64,000 bases of DNA from Squalus acanthias (lineage: Eukaryota). The translations under genes and the position numbers were made by a program. The notes below the pieces were generated by a model, which had not been told where the DNA came from, ran no database searches, and was given only the letters and a program-made list of their open reading frames with translations. Shown piece after piece: positions 48,189 through 59,816 of this stretch (positions within the stretch are counted from its first letter, which is position 1; each line of letters opens with the position of its first letter). Location of the stretch: contig CM059433.1 of NCBI GenBank assembly GCA_030390025.1, forward strand, positions 1,240,001 to 1,304,000, read 5' to 3'.

Positions 48189-49949
48189 GTAGTGAGGTGT
48201 GTTGGAGCACCAGTGCTGGCAAGTTCCCACTCTCCACTGTGAACAGGGTAAGTGCTTGCTGAAAAGGAAGGTGGGGCGATCAAAGGGAGAGTCAATCACC
48301 CACATCATTCCTGCACATCGCTTAGCTTCCAGTTCGGAATGTGATTGGTGGAGGCCTGACGAAAGCCCTCTGAGCTGCAGTTTTTTATAAGAATTTCCAG
48401 GAATGAAACTAAAATTGAGTGACTTTGCCCTCATGTTAAAGTAAATAAATGACTTTAACTGGGCAACTTACTATTTGTGGTAGTGCCATAGTTAAATTTG
48501 CTGTCTATGCATGGCAACATGCCCATTGAGACAAGCCAATGACTTGAATTATAAAAACACATGCTTATAACATTTCTACTGTAACTTTCTCACCATTTTT
48601 TATATCACATCTCTTAAGTGTCTGCACTACACAAACAATTCCCTGAGGGTGAGCAGGCAATTTTCCAGAGAGCATTGCTGCTCTGTTTACAGTCATTAGA
48701 ATGCATACACAAGCAAATTGAGTAGACTTTGGAGATCTCTCCTTCTCCCCATGCCGAGGCATCATGCTTCTACTTAGCAACCAGGCCGAGACCAGAATTC
48801 ACCAAGCGGCCTGGAATCAATGATTTTTTTAAAAATTTTACCCGATTGGCATCTTTGCTCAGGGGACCAAGGACAACTTCCCTGGGGTCAGCAAGTGGGA
48901 AGCTGAGGAGCCGAGAAAACCTTCTCCCAAAGAAAGCACGGCCAGCAATCATGGGCAAGAGATTCACCCAAAGTGGCACTTGTACCTGCACATGAGGTGC
49001 CATACCACTCAGCCTGCAAACACTGGTGAGGTTCAGGCTTGAGAACACCGGTGGGCGCGATCTGTCACAATCACTGGCCCAGCAATTTGGGAGCCAGAGT
49101 CTTGCATCTAGCGCATGTCATGCCTTAAATGTGTCCATCATACTTTAATAATTTTCTCAAATAATCATCATCTGTTCAGATAACTGTGCTGATTTGCTGA
49201 ATGATTGTCATTAGACAAGTAGGACAACTACCACCACCCATCAGGAACCAATAAACCACACAAAAGCAAGAAATCATATTGTTAATTTGTTTCCATAGCT
49301 ATCAATCTGGAACCAGAAATTAACCACAAAAGAAATCACTCAAACATCTTCTTCTCTGTTTTTTTTTAAGCAGTCATGTTGTTTCCTCTGATCCTGCACC
49401 ACTTCCAGCCCAGGCAGGCCTCTGATGGGCGCACCGCTAGTTCTCCAACTCTCCTCACAGTCTTGATGTGATCAACATACTGATTCCTTCGGTTTTTCCC
49501 AGCCCTATGCTTGAGCCTCCTTCCTCCCCCCCCCACCAGCTCAGTTAAATAGGAAAGAGCATCATCAGTGGATCCTGGAATGGGGGTTTGCTGCACGGAG
49601 TCAGAGATGCAGAGTAATATTGTTCAGGCAAGATCAATAGCAACTATGACTTTAAAATTGGTTGATATGGGTGGTCTTTCAAAGAAAATGTTTACCATTG
49701 GGAGGAAGTGAGAGGGAGGGCACATCCCTATTCCTGCTAACATCTACTCTAACATTCTAAAATCCAAGTAAATAACTAAACTATTTTGCCAGAACAGCTG
49801 CCCTTGAAGTGCTTGCGTGGGAATGACTTGAGGCTGTCCTTGGAATATTCTACTTGACTTCTTTCTCCTACATTGTATATCTATCGCGCTTAGTGCCAAT
49901 TTTGTTTCAGGAAGAAGAAAACACAGTACCACTGTTAGAGTATGAGGAA

Positions 49950-50185
49950 CTAAAAGAGAGAAAATGTGAGCAAGGGACAAACAGAGCAGAGAGCAGACAC
50001 GGAGAAGGGAATGAAAGAAAGAGCGAGAAAAAGTGTTGGAAACAAACAGAGATACAGAGATGATGATGAGAGAAAGAATGAGAGGTAGATAGAGATAGAA
50101 AAAGAGAGGGACAGAAAGACAGAGAGGGAGACAGAAAGAATTAAAGAGTGCAATTGAGCAGAGACACAGTTACAGGAAGAGAAAG
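49950..50185. repeat. Degenerate GA-rich low-complexity tract
   Basis: Runs of agagag/agacag/agaaag. Confidence 0.8.
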
Positions 50186-50469
50186 CCAGAATTTTAAAAA
50201 ATTGTTTGAGAGCAACACCACATGAAATGAATTAGTCTTTATATCAAGTTACATTGAGTCTACAGCACAGAAACATGCCATTTAGCCCAAGTGGTCTATG
50301 GCGGTGTTTATGCTCCACACAAGCCTCTTCCCACCTCTCTTCATATAACCCTCTCAGCAGGTCCTTCCATTCCTTTCTCCCTCATGTGCTTATCTCGCTT
50401 CCCCTTAATTGCATCTATGCTGTTCGCCTCAACTGCTCCTTGTGGTAGCACGTTACACATTCTTACCAC

Positions 50470-50645
50470 TGGTCATTATCACCTTGCTGTTTGTGGGAGC
50501 TTGCTGTACGCAAATTGGCTGCTGCGTTTCCTGCATTACAACAGTGACTCCGCTCCAAAAGTAATTCATTGGCTGTAAAGCACTTTGGGACGTCCGGTGG
50601 TCATGAAAGGTGCTATATAAATGCAAGTCTTTCTTTTTCTTTCTC
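50470..50645 (+). mobile_element. DeuSINE 3' fragment
   Basis: ggtcattatcac..gctgtttgtgggagcttg..gaaaggtgctatataaatgcaagtctttc. Confidence 0.88.
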
Positions 50646-50747
50646 TTTGGGTAAAGAAGTTTCTTCTGAATTGCCTATTGTATTATTAGTGACTATTGTA
50701 TATTCATGACCTCTGGTTTTGGACTCCCCCACAAGTGGAAACATTTT

Positions 50748-52212
50748 GGGGGTTATTTTGGTGAAAGGGTGAAAACAGGCACTAAGTGGGCGCTGTGCTG
50801 ATAAGACACACCTGTTTGAAAGTCGGCTTTAGCAAGCAATTGTGGTCCTAATTGCTCATTACTATAACTTGAACTTGCCTGGAGATACTAAAACCAACAC
50901 CTGCAGCTTTAGCTCTCAAGCGCTGATTAGACACAATTTTCCTGGAGCGGTGTATGTGGGATCCTCGCACCCACTCCCACTGAAGGTGTGGAGCGCGCTG
51001 GCTGGCTCACAGCGACACAGTGCAGGAGGGCTCAGGGACCGAGTGAGAGGGAGCACAGGTTCTCGGACACAGCGACACGGTGCAGGGTGGCTCAGGGAGC
51101 GAGGGAGAGGGAGCACAGGTTCTCGGACACAGCGGCACAGTGCAGGATGGCTCAGGGAGCGAGGGAGAGGGAGCACAGGTTCTCGGACACAGCGGCACAG
51201 TGCAGGAGGGCTCAGGGAGTGAGGGAGAGGGCGCACAGGTTCTCGCACATAGCGGCACAGTACAGGATGGCTCAGGGAGCGAGGGAGAGGGAGCACAGGT
51301 TCTCGGACACAGTGGCACAGTGCAGGATGGCTCAGGGAGCGAGGGAGCGGGCGCACAGGTTCTTGGACACAGTGGCACAGTGCAGGAGGGCTCAGGGAGC
51401 GAGGGAGAGGGAGCACAGGTTCTCGGACACAGCGGCACTAAGGTCCTGGTGGAGGAGATCCAGAGGAAGGAGGGATGCCCTGGACCCACCGTGCAGAAGG
51501 ACACCGCCTCACCCTCCTGTCCCTCACTCCTGCAGCAACTGGTGCTGCTCTGCCTGGCCTCATGTCCTCCTCCCATTCCTTGTCCAGACTAAGGGGGACC
51601 CCTCGCAAGATGCCCCTGACCGAGCACTCCCTTTCTCCTGGTGACTCCTATAAGGTGTCCAATAAGGTGGAGTAGCACAGCACTTACTCTTGTTAGGTGA
51701 AGTCCTCAGAGAATTTCTGGAAATAATGTTGCTAGAGTGTTGGTGAAGTCTTGACAAACTGTCCCAGAAAGTACAAATTGGCCGCCACGTTTCCTACATT
51801 ACAACGGTGACCACACTTCAACAAGTACTTCATTGGCTGTAAAGCGCTTTGAGACGTCCAGTGGTCCTGAAAGGCGCTGTAGAAATGCAAGTCTTTCTTT
51901 TCTTTCTTTCAAAATCCTCTGTAGCAACTTGTTTACTCCCAAACAGTTGGTCGTTGTTAGGAGATGGCGTTATGTCAAGCACTGCCCATCAAAATGCTGT
52001 GCAGCCTCCTTAATGAGCGCTAGCAAGCAATTTAAGTGGCAATCAGCTCCTTAGCGATCCTCCGAACAGCCATTCCTAGCGCAAGCTTCAACTCCTTTAC
52101 CAAGGTGGCATCTTGCGCTAAATGCAGACTAAACCAGCGTTTCAGTTTAAGACGCCACCTTGGCCACCGCCAAGGCTCTTTAGCGTCTAAAGTATCCAGG
52201 GAAAATCGCCCC
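50748..52212 (+). mobile_element. Non-autonomous Harbinger derivative retaining the Myb/SANT ORF start; contains a DeuSINE tail at 51775-51910
   Basis: Termini ggggttatttt / aaaatcgcccc interrupting CR1; peptide MAQGARERAHRFSDTA..KVLVEEIQR..RRDALDPP. Confidence 0.7.
51008..51438. repeat. Minisatellite, ~7 x 60 bp
   Basis: Unit acagcggcacagtgcaggatggctcagggagcgagggagagggagcacaggttctcggac. Confidence 0.95.
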
Positions 52213-52697
52213 CACTCTCTACAACTAACCTATCAAACCCTTTAATTATCTTAAAAACCTCTATCAGGTCGCCCCTCAGCCTTCTCTTTTCTAGAAACTA
52301 GAGCCCCAGCCTGTTCAGTCTTTCCTGGTAAGTATATCCTCTCAGTCCTGGTATCATCCTTGTGAATCTGTTTTGCACCCTCTCCAGTGCCTCGATATTC
52401 TTTTTCTAATATGGAGACTAGAACTGTGCACAGTACTCCAAGTGTGGTCTAACCATGTTAATCTTCAACAATTAGAATTTCTATTTAAATAATGACTTCA
52501 AAAAAGATCACACTTCACAGTAAAGGATGTAGAAAATAGATGCTGAGCCAGGAAAGGGGAGCTGAAGAAGGTTGAGTAAAAGCTTGGTCAAAGAAATGGC
52601 TTTTGAGGAGGTTTTTAAAGAATGAGAGAGAGGTGAAGAAGTTTAGCAAGGTGGCAAGGAAGAATGCTAACAAAGTGAAACGAGGGGCGGGGGATAT

Positions 52698-53360
52698 GAA
52701 CACAGGAACAGGAGGAGGCCATTCAGCCCCTCGAGCATGTTTCACCATTTAATTAGATCATGGCTGGTCTGTTCCTCGACTCCATTTACCTGCCTTTGAT
52801 CCATATCCCTTGACACACTTATCTAACAAAAATCTATCAATTTCTGTCTTGAAAATTTCAATTGACACAGCCTTTTGGGAGAAACAGTTCCAGATTTCCA
52901 CAACACTTTGTGTGAAAATGTGCTTCCTGTCTTCACTCCTAAATGACCCAGCTCTAATTTCAAGATTATTCCGCCTTGTTCTAGATTCCCCCACTAGAGG
53001 AAATAGTTTCTCTGTATCAACCTTATTAAACCCCTTCATCATTTTAAAGACACACTTAGATCACCCTTTAACCTTCTAAACTCAAGGGAATACAAACCAA
53101 GTTTATGCAACCAGGCCTCATAATTTAACCCTTTAAATCCTGGACTAATTCTGGTGAATCAGCACTGCACTCCCTCCAAGGCCAATTTGTCAGATCCAAG
53201 GTGGATGGCCTCACACTTGCCCACATTGAACTCCATCTACCACAGTTTTGCCCCCTCACTTAGTCTGTCTGTAACTCTTTGTAGCTTCCTGCTCCCATCT
53301 ACACAACTGACTATGTCTCCTAACTGAATGCCATCTGTAAACTTAGATTATACAGCTCTC
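52698..53360 (-). mobile_element. CR1 LINE 3' fragment
   Basis: MMKGFNKVDTEKLFPLVGESRTR...FTQSVVEIWN; 3' end acaggaacaggaggaggccattcagccc. Confidence 0.85.
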
Positions 53361-54016
53361 TATTCCTCTCTACTCCTCTAAGAGGTGTTAGGCCCCCCTA
53401 TTTGCATATGCAAAGGCCCAAACGCCTTTTTCAGGTATGGTACCCTGGACGCCGAACCAATATGACGGGAGGCACATTTCTGGTGTGGAATGAGCGTGCG
53501 CATGCTGCCCGCCATATTGGAGCCTTAGGTGGCCATTTACGCCAGTAAAATGGATGCAGTGTGATCCAGTCTCTGGGCCACTGTGTTTGGGTGGGGAGGG
53601 CAAGGAATATAGGGCTACAGGAGGCTTTCCTGGCCGGCCTTCACCCTGCACCCTCCGTAAACTTGAGCTAATCCAAAGTTTCGCTGCCCGTATCCTAACT
53701 CGCATTGTAGTAGGTTTCATACAACAAGTCCCGTTCACTCACCTCCCAACCGCAACTCCACTTTCCCGCCCGATCTCCATATCCCTTGATTCCCCTAGAG
53801 TACAGGCAATCATTGCCTGCTTACTACAGTGCCAGGTGGTTTAGAGTCAGACAGGCATTCTTGTTCATTCTCCTTTCAGTTCACTTTGAATGAAAAAGGC
53901 ATTCTATTTAATATCAATGTCATACAATTTACAGTTTACAGTTTCCTACTTCATACGCACCAGATTATTAGCAAAGTAGTGACAAAGCAATGATAGCCTG
54001 TGTGGGTTAGGCTGTG

Positions 54017-54103
54017 GTGGGCAATGAGGATACCCCAGGCACACAGCCATGTCCATTTGTGGGCAATGAGGATACCCCAGGCACACAGCCATGTCCATTT
54101 GTG
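54017..54103. repeat. Exact 42-bp tandem duplication
   Basis: gtgggcaatgaggataccccaggcacacagccatgtccattt twice. Confidence 0.9.
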
Positions 54104-54766
54104 CAGCAACATGCTGACTATAAAGCATGACCACCTTTAAACAACTCCCCACTGTAAATAGGGCATAATCCCATTCCACGTAGTTCTGTGTAACACAGTG
54201 TACCTTCAAAGGCATTTAGTACAGATTAGAGGACCATTGTTTTCAGGAATTTCTGACTGCTAGGCTTGAAGTTCGCAGTGTTGAAACTCGGCAAGACTGC
54301 CTTTATTGTCCAAATTGCAACAGGCTCCATTTTTGATTCTCTAAACTAGCCATTGTTTGTATACAGGAATTCTTGGCTTGCAAGATAGAAATTCTTGACA
54401 ACAATGCTGCTTCTAAGCTTCTGAAATCCATCTGTTTCCTGGGATACAGCCTTGAAAAGTTTGCAGCACACTGACATATCTTTCAGACGGAGAAGTTTCT
54501 TTGATGATACTGAAGCAATTGCTGGCTAATTTTCAGCAAAGCTGAATCTGAAACTCTTCAAACCACTGCAATCAAAAACTGCCCTGGCCTTGAATAAGCA
54601 TGGATTCCCCTCACTTTATTCATCATCACTCTGCCTATAAAATTGCATAGTTGAACCCAGGTCAAACAGATGCAAAGCTCAATGCTGCAGGCTGAATTAT
54701 TTTTTAAGGGAACAAGCCTTCCTGAACCAGCCAAGTATTCATGTTACCTACGACCTACAACTCGAC

Positions 54767-54938
54767 GGGGTAAATTTTGACTTTGTGCGATTGTGCAAAA
54801 CAGGCGACAGTGAGACGGCAGCCTGCTTTACAACTCTCCCCATTTTTGTCATGGATATAAAAATCAGGAGAAATGCAAAACGGGCTGTCAACCCATTATC
54901 GCTTGTTTTTCACAATCGCACAAAGTCAAAATCTACCT
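54767..54938. mobile_element. Short fold-back MITE
   Basis: ggggtaaattttgactttgtgcgattgtg / cacaatcgcacaaagtcaaaatctacctc; palindromic along most of its length. Confidence 0.85.
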
Positions 54939-55087
54939 CAAAGTCTCTCTTTTACTTCATGGCTTGTGTTGCAAGGAGAAAGTTTATACTTCATCAATAC
55001 ATTTCACAAGGACGCATGCAGTAGGTTTCATACATTCAAACTTTTGTAAAATCAGAACTCAGCACAGCGAGTTTTACATTAAATTTT

Positions 55088-55636
55088 CACCATCTACAAG
55101 GCACAAGTCAGGAGTGTGATGGAATACTCTCCACTTGCCTGGATGAGTGCAGCTCCAACAACACTCAAGAAGCTCGACACCATCCATGACAAAGCAGCCC
55201 GCTTGACTGGCACCCCATCCACCACCTTAAACATTCACTCCCTCCACCAATAGCGTAATGTGGCTGCAGTGTGTACCCTCTACAAGATTCACTGCAGCAA
55301 CTCGCCAAGGCTTCTTCAGCAGCACCTCCCAAACCCGAGACCTCTTCCACCTAGAAGGACAAGGGCAGCAGGTGCACGGGAACACCACCACCTCCAAGTT
55401 CCCCTCCAAGTCACACACCATCCCGACTTAGAAGTATATCGTCGATCCTTCATCGTCACTGGGTCAAAATCCTGGAACTCCCTCCCTAACAGCACTGTGG
55501 GAGCACCTTCACCACACGGACTGCAGCGGTTCAAGAAGGCGGCTCACCACCACCTTCTCAAGGGCAATTAGGGATGGGCAATAAATGCTGGCCTTGCCAG
55601 CGATGCCCAGATCCAATAAACTAATAACTAAAAAAG
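55088..55636 (+). mobile_element. 3' end of CR1-group LINE family B
   Basis: Reverse complement of 29300-29835 (TIYKAQVRSVMEYSPLAW...); A-rich tail. Confidence 0.9.
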
Positions 55637-55744
55637 AATTGGAGGTGGCAAGTGGATTTCTGTGAGTTTTCCGGTCATTCCGCATCACCACTCAACAGCA
55701 ACTGAAGAAAAGGAGCAGCCGCACTTGTGGAGGTGAAAAAGAGA

Positions 55745-56105
55745 GCTAGCTGCTAATGGGGAATGTTAGTATTGAGCCATACCCATCAGAAGGTCCTAGC
55801 TTCAGTTCTTGGTCTGTTCTGAGTTAGACGACCTCAGCTGGGGTGCAATAATTGGCCTCAGCTCCCCTGGCCTATGAATGGGGGAAAATCAGCCAAGGTT
55901 CCTGATAATCTTGTACTGACTCCTTCCTGTTGGAAAACGTGCCTATGTGGGCATCAAGTGAGAACAGGTTAAAGTGCAGCAGTGATGCTCCCCCTGCTCA
56001 AATAGCACACTGGCACTCATTGTCTAAGTTCACATCTGAAGAATGACGTAAGTGAGGTACCGGCCTGCTGGTGGCGCCTGTGGAGCTGTAACCCAGCCAG
56101 AGAAA
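55745..56105 (+). mobile_element. LF-SINE-like element
   Basis: ggtctgttctgagttag..ctcagctgggg..aattggcctcag..aaaatcagccaaggttcctg..gtgatgctcccc..cactcattgtctaagttcacatctgaagaatg..gaggtaccgg. Confidence 0.75.
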
Positions 56106-56454
56106 ACTTGGAAAAAAAAGAGGTTTTGTATCGAAAATATATATTTTTTAAATGGACTCCATTTTCCTGCCTGATTAGGTCTGTCCCAGACACAACTCAA
56201 ATGGTTTCAACAGCACTTATAATGAAAGAAATATCAAGAAATTCAAGAGTTGATATCTGTATTTTACCTTCTCCAATTTCCTCACTCGATGTCTCCTCTC
56301 CTGAAGGCAGTGACTCATGTTGACATCCTGATTCCTTGCACAAGTGGCCATTCTTCACAAAATAGCCCAGACAATAAGTGGTTGCAGACTTTTTTTATTG
56401 AAGAGCATAGCGGAAACAAGCCCAATCCTGTCTTTTCCTGATCTCCACAAATGC

Positions 56455-56800
56455 ATAGTTTCCTCACTCGTCACTCGATACCAATCATGAGTAAAGAGCC
56501 GGCTGATTTCTTCTCTTTCCAAGCCCAAGGCCACTGAGGTTGATTGTGGTATTCTCCACCTTTGGCCTGAGTGTGGCTAACTCGGCACAGGGCAGGGATG
56601 AATCTGGAACCTTCAGTGTCACTCAATGGGATGCATTTACTCATAAGCCGTTGGTGATTAATGATGTCTATATTTTAAAAAACTTCTCCCCTTCTCTCTT
56701 GGGACAGTAACTCATGCTTAGTTATTGTTGCACAAACATAGATGGTCTTCTGGTACCTAAGTGACCATTCTTCATGAGTTACCCTTGGCAGGCTACTCGC
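56455..56800 (-). mobile_element. LF-SINE-like fragments
   Basis: ggctgatttc..cactgagg..gctaactcggcacag and gtacctaagtgaccattcttcatg are reverse complements of LF-SINE segments. Confidence 0.6.
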
Positions 56801-57010
56801 TACCACAGGGAGTGGTTGAAGCGAATAGTACAGATGCATTTAAGGGGAGGCTGGACAAGCATATGAGGGAGAAGGGAATCGAGGGTTATGTTGATAGATT
56901 TAGATGAGGAAAGACGGGAGGAGGCTCGAGTGGAGCATAAACGCCAGCATGGACTGGTTGGGCCGAATGGCCTGTTTCTGTGCCGTATATCCTGTGTAAT
57001 CCGATGTAAA
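56800..57010 (+). mobile_element. CR1 3' UTR end
   Basis: ggagcataaacgccagcatggactggttgggccgaatggcctgtttctgtgccgta followed by a short-repeat tail. Confidence 0.85.
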
Positions 57011-57358
57011 GTATGGAGGTAACTGAACCAATCCGTGCCACCGCAACAGACTTTCTTCGCTGTAAGCTTACATTTCCCAAGTTGGCCGAGCGACGAGGCA
57101 CCAGCTGAACGGAAAATCATCTGAATGAGCTGTTTGCCTGTGTTTTTTCAATATGTGCTGGCAATTGGTGAGCTCCCTCTGTGCTGGTGTGTACTTGGGA
57201 AATTTATCCCATAATTTAATTAATTACATGTTACATAACTTGTGAAGCAGAATCTTTTCTATTTCTTTATAAACATGAAACCTAATGGCGTATAACACCG
57301 AAATACATAACTGTTTGACTTTTTCCACAGTATCATTGCAATGAAAATTGGCCACACT

Positions 57359-57523
57359 GGGGTAGATTTTGACCTTGTGCAATGGTGTAAAACGGGCAAT
57401 AGCAAATCGGCAGCTCATTTTACATCTTTCCCGATGTGGAAATAAAAATCAGGAGAGATGTAAACCAGGCTGCCGATTCGCTATTACCCATTTCAGACTA
57501 TCTCACAAAGTCAAGATCTACCC
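57359..57523. mobile_element. Short fold-back MITE (same family as 54767)
   Basis: ggggtagattttgaccttgtg / cacaaagtcaagatctaccc. Confidence 0.8.
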
Positions 57524-57561
57524 AATCCATTCTTCCTCTCCTACATTATCATAGAATCATA

Positions 57562-58229
57562 GGGGAAAAATTTGTTTGCTTTGCGCCTCCGGTTAGCGCC
57601 CTAATGGGGCGCAAAACAACTAGTGCCCGGGCGCGGCGCCACAAACGCCTCCTGCAAAATTCAGCGGGAGGTTAGCGGTAGCGGTAACCGTTAGTGCCCC
57701 GTGGTGCCGCCGGCGATGACGTCATCACCGTGCGCAGCGCCCCACTCGTGCCCCGGCCGCGATCTTCGATAGCGCCCCTTGAATTACCGCCAGACTCTAT
57801 GTCCGATGGGGTCAGGGGGGCCTACCTGCGGCCGGGGCGGCGCTAATTAAAGGCGAGGTGCCGGGCGGCCATTTTTGTTGCTGGCCGCCTGCCAGCACCT
57901 GCCCCCATTGCCGTCCCCGGCCTCCTGACCCGCCCCCCCACAGAGTGCCGGCTGCGCTCCGTGAGCCCGGCACTCCTCTTGAGTGCCGGGCTCTTTTGCC
58001 GGTACTCCAATCCCTGGTGGCCCAGCTGGGCCCCGGGTCGCGCTGTGCAAGGCCCCTCCCCTCGCAGCGCCCCAAGAGGCAGGTGGGGTGCTTCCAGTAG
58101 AGCCCTGCTTCCCTCTTGGGGCGCTACCGATGAATTTCGACCGCGGGGGCGCTCATTTTTTCGGGGCGCTTAAAGTAGCGCCCCGGCGAAGTTAGCGCCC
58201 CAAAGGGGGCGCGACTCGATTTTTCCCCC
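57562..58229. mobile_element. GC-rich Harbinger-type MITE (related to 10802-11605) in a CR1 tail
   Basis: Termini ggggaaaaat / atttttcccc; repeated tagcgcc motifs; splits atagaatcata|gaaatttacagcacag. Confidence 0.8.
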
Positions 58230-58565
58230 CTAGAAATTTACAGCACAGAAGGAGGCCAATCGGCCCATCTTGTCCGTGCCGGCCGACAAAGAGCTCTCCA
58301 CCCTAATCCCACTTTCCAGCTCTTGGTCCGTAGCCCTGTAGGTTCCAGCACTTCAAGTGCACATCCAAGTACTTTTTAAAAGTGATGAGGGTTTCTGCCT
58401 CTACCACCCTTTCAGGCAGTAAGTTCCAGACGCCCACCACCCTCTGGGTGAAAACATTTCTCCTCAAATCCCCTCTAAACCTCCGCCCAATTACTTTAAA
58501 TCTATGCCCCCCCTGTTTATTGACCCTTCTGCTAAGGGAAATAGGTCCTTCCTATCCACTCTATT
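58230..58565 (-). mobile_element. CR1 3' end
   Basis: agaaatttacagcacagaaggaggcc...ccaccctctgggtgaaaacatttctcctc. Confidence 0.85.
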
Positions 58566-59691
58566 CACATTCTGACATGAAAAATCTCCCCTAACCACTT
58601 TTTCATGAAGAAAGTGGCCATTGGGGGTGGGTGGGGTGGGTGTGCGGGGTAGATGAGTGAGACTATTTTTGCATTCATGATGCAGCAAAAGAAATAGATC
58701 CCCTATCCTCACTGATACCCATCCACTCTCCAGCAGGACAGCAAACAAGAGAATGAACAACTGATTGATTTTTTTCACCTCCCTTGGAGATAAATTTGGT
58801 GCTCTCATCTCTGGGCCACCCTTTATATTGACAAACCCAACACTGTGCAGAAAGAAACTGATGTTTTTATCAACTTTGTGTAAGTAGTTCCAAAGAGACC
58901 CATTTATTTTGGGCCTTTTATCTGGATTAGAGAATTCACAGGCAATCAGATTAAAAGGCCTGATGTAAACATGGCTGGTTACTTAATTCAGCTCAGCTCA
59001 TAAATACTAAAAAAACCCTCTCTGATAAATGTGAAATAAATTTCACCGGTCTATCCAATCCAAATTAAAAGCTTTGCTCGCAATGGAAGATGAAGTGCTA
59101 TCACATGATGTCCCTAAGCACTTAAAGTTGAAACTTCATGACATCTGAATCTGTATTGCAAACCTCCCATTATAACAACCCTTTGCCTCGTGTTAGATGA
59201 AGGAGTGATCCATTGATAAAAGCCTTGTCAGTTCTATGACTTCCAATCTCTGACAATTTTGCATAGGTGTTGTTGAACTATAAAGTACATCATGGAATAA
59301 GCCCATCTCCTTAAGAGAAACATCTGTTCCCTTGTTAAAAAGCACTATACCATCCTGAATTACATTTCCAAAATACACAATTGCTAGAATCAATATCATC
59401 TACCAACTGCCTGCCTCAGCTCATCCGCTGCTGAAATCCTCATCCATGCATTTGCTACCTCTAGACTCGATTATTCCAATGCTCTCCTGGCCAGCTTCCC
59501 ACCTTGCATGCTCTGTAAACTTGAGCTCATTCAAAACTCGGCTGCCTGTGTCCTAACTCGCACCAAGTCCCATTCACCCATCACCCCTGTGCTCACTGAC
59601 CTACATTAGCTCCCGGACCTGCAACGCCTTGATTTTGAAATTATCATCCTTGTTTTCAAATCTGTCCATGGTCTCACCCTTCCCTATCTCT

Positions 59692-59728
59692 TCACCTGAT
59701 GAAGGAGCAGCGCTCCGAAAGCTTGTGA
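59692..59728 (+). ncRNA. Minimal type I hammerhead ribozyme
   Basis: Stem I tcac/gtga, core CUGAUGA, stem II ggagc-agc-gctcc, GAAA, palindrome AAGCUU; predicted cleavage after 59724. Confidence 0.87.
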
Positions 59729-59816
59729 TTTCAAATAAAACTGTTGGACTATAACCTGGTGTTGTGCGACTTCTCACTTTTGTCCACCCCAGTCCAACAC
59801 CGGCATCTCCGCATCA
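59692..59816 (+). mobile_element. 125-bp Penelope-derived hammerhead mini-element
   Basis: Exact 12-bp TSD ttccctatctct (59680-59691, 59817-59828); sequence homologous to 28769-28856. Confidence 0.92.

Larger units (their letters stand above)
50245..52460 (-). mobile_element. CR1 3' end, fragmented by a SINE tail and a Harbinger derivative
   Basis: CR1 3' UTR at 50260-50470; resumes tgggtaaagaagttt..cccacaagtggaaacatt (50648-50746) and ctctctaca..caggtcgcccctcagcc..ctccaagtgtggtctaacc (52214-52455). Confidence 0.8.

Noticed and set aside
48560..49620. Possible host exons in unique sequence
   Set aside because: Short ORFs on both strands with no recognisable protein and no convincing acceptor/donor pair.
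54366..54474. Possible terminal exon (EFLACKIEILDNNAASKLL...)
   Set aside because: Weak acceptor, no protein similarity I recognise and no partner exons.
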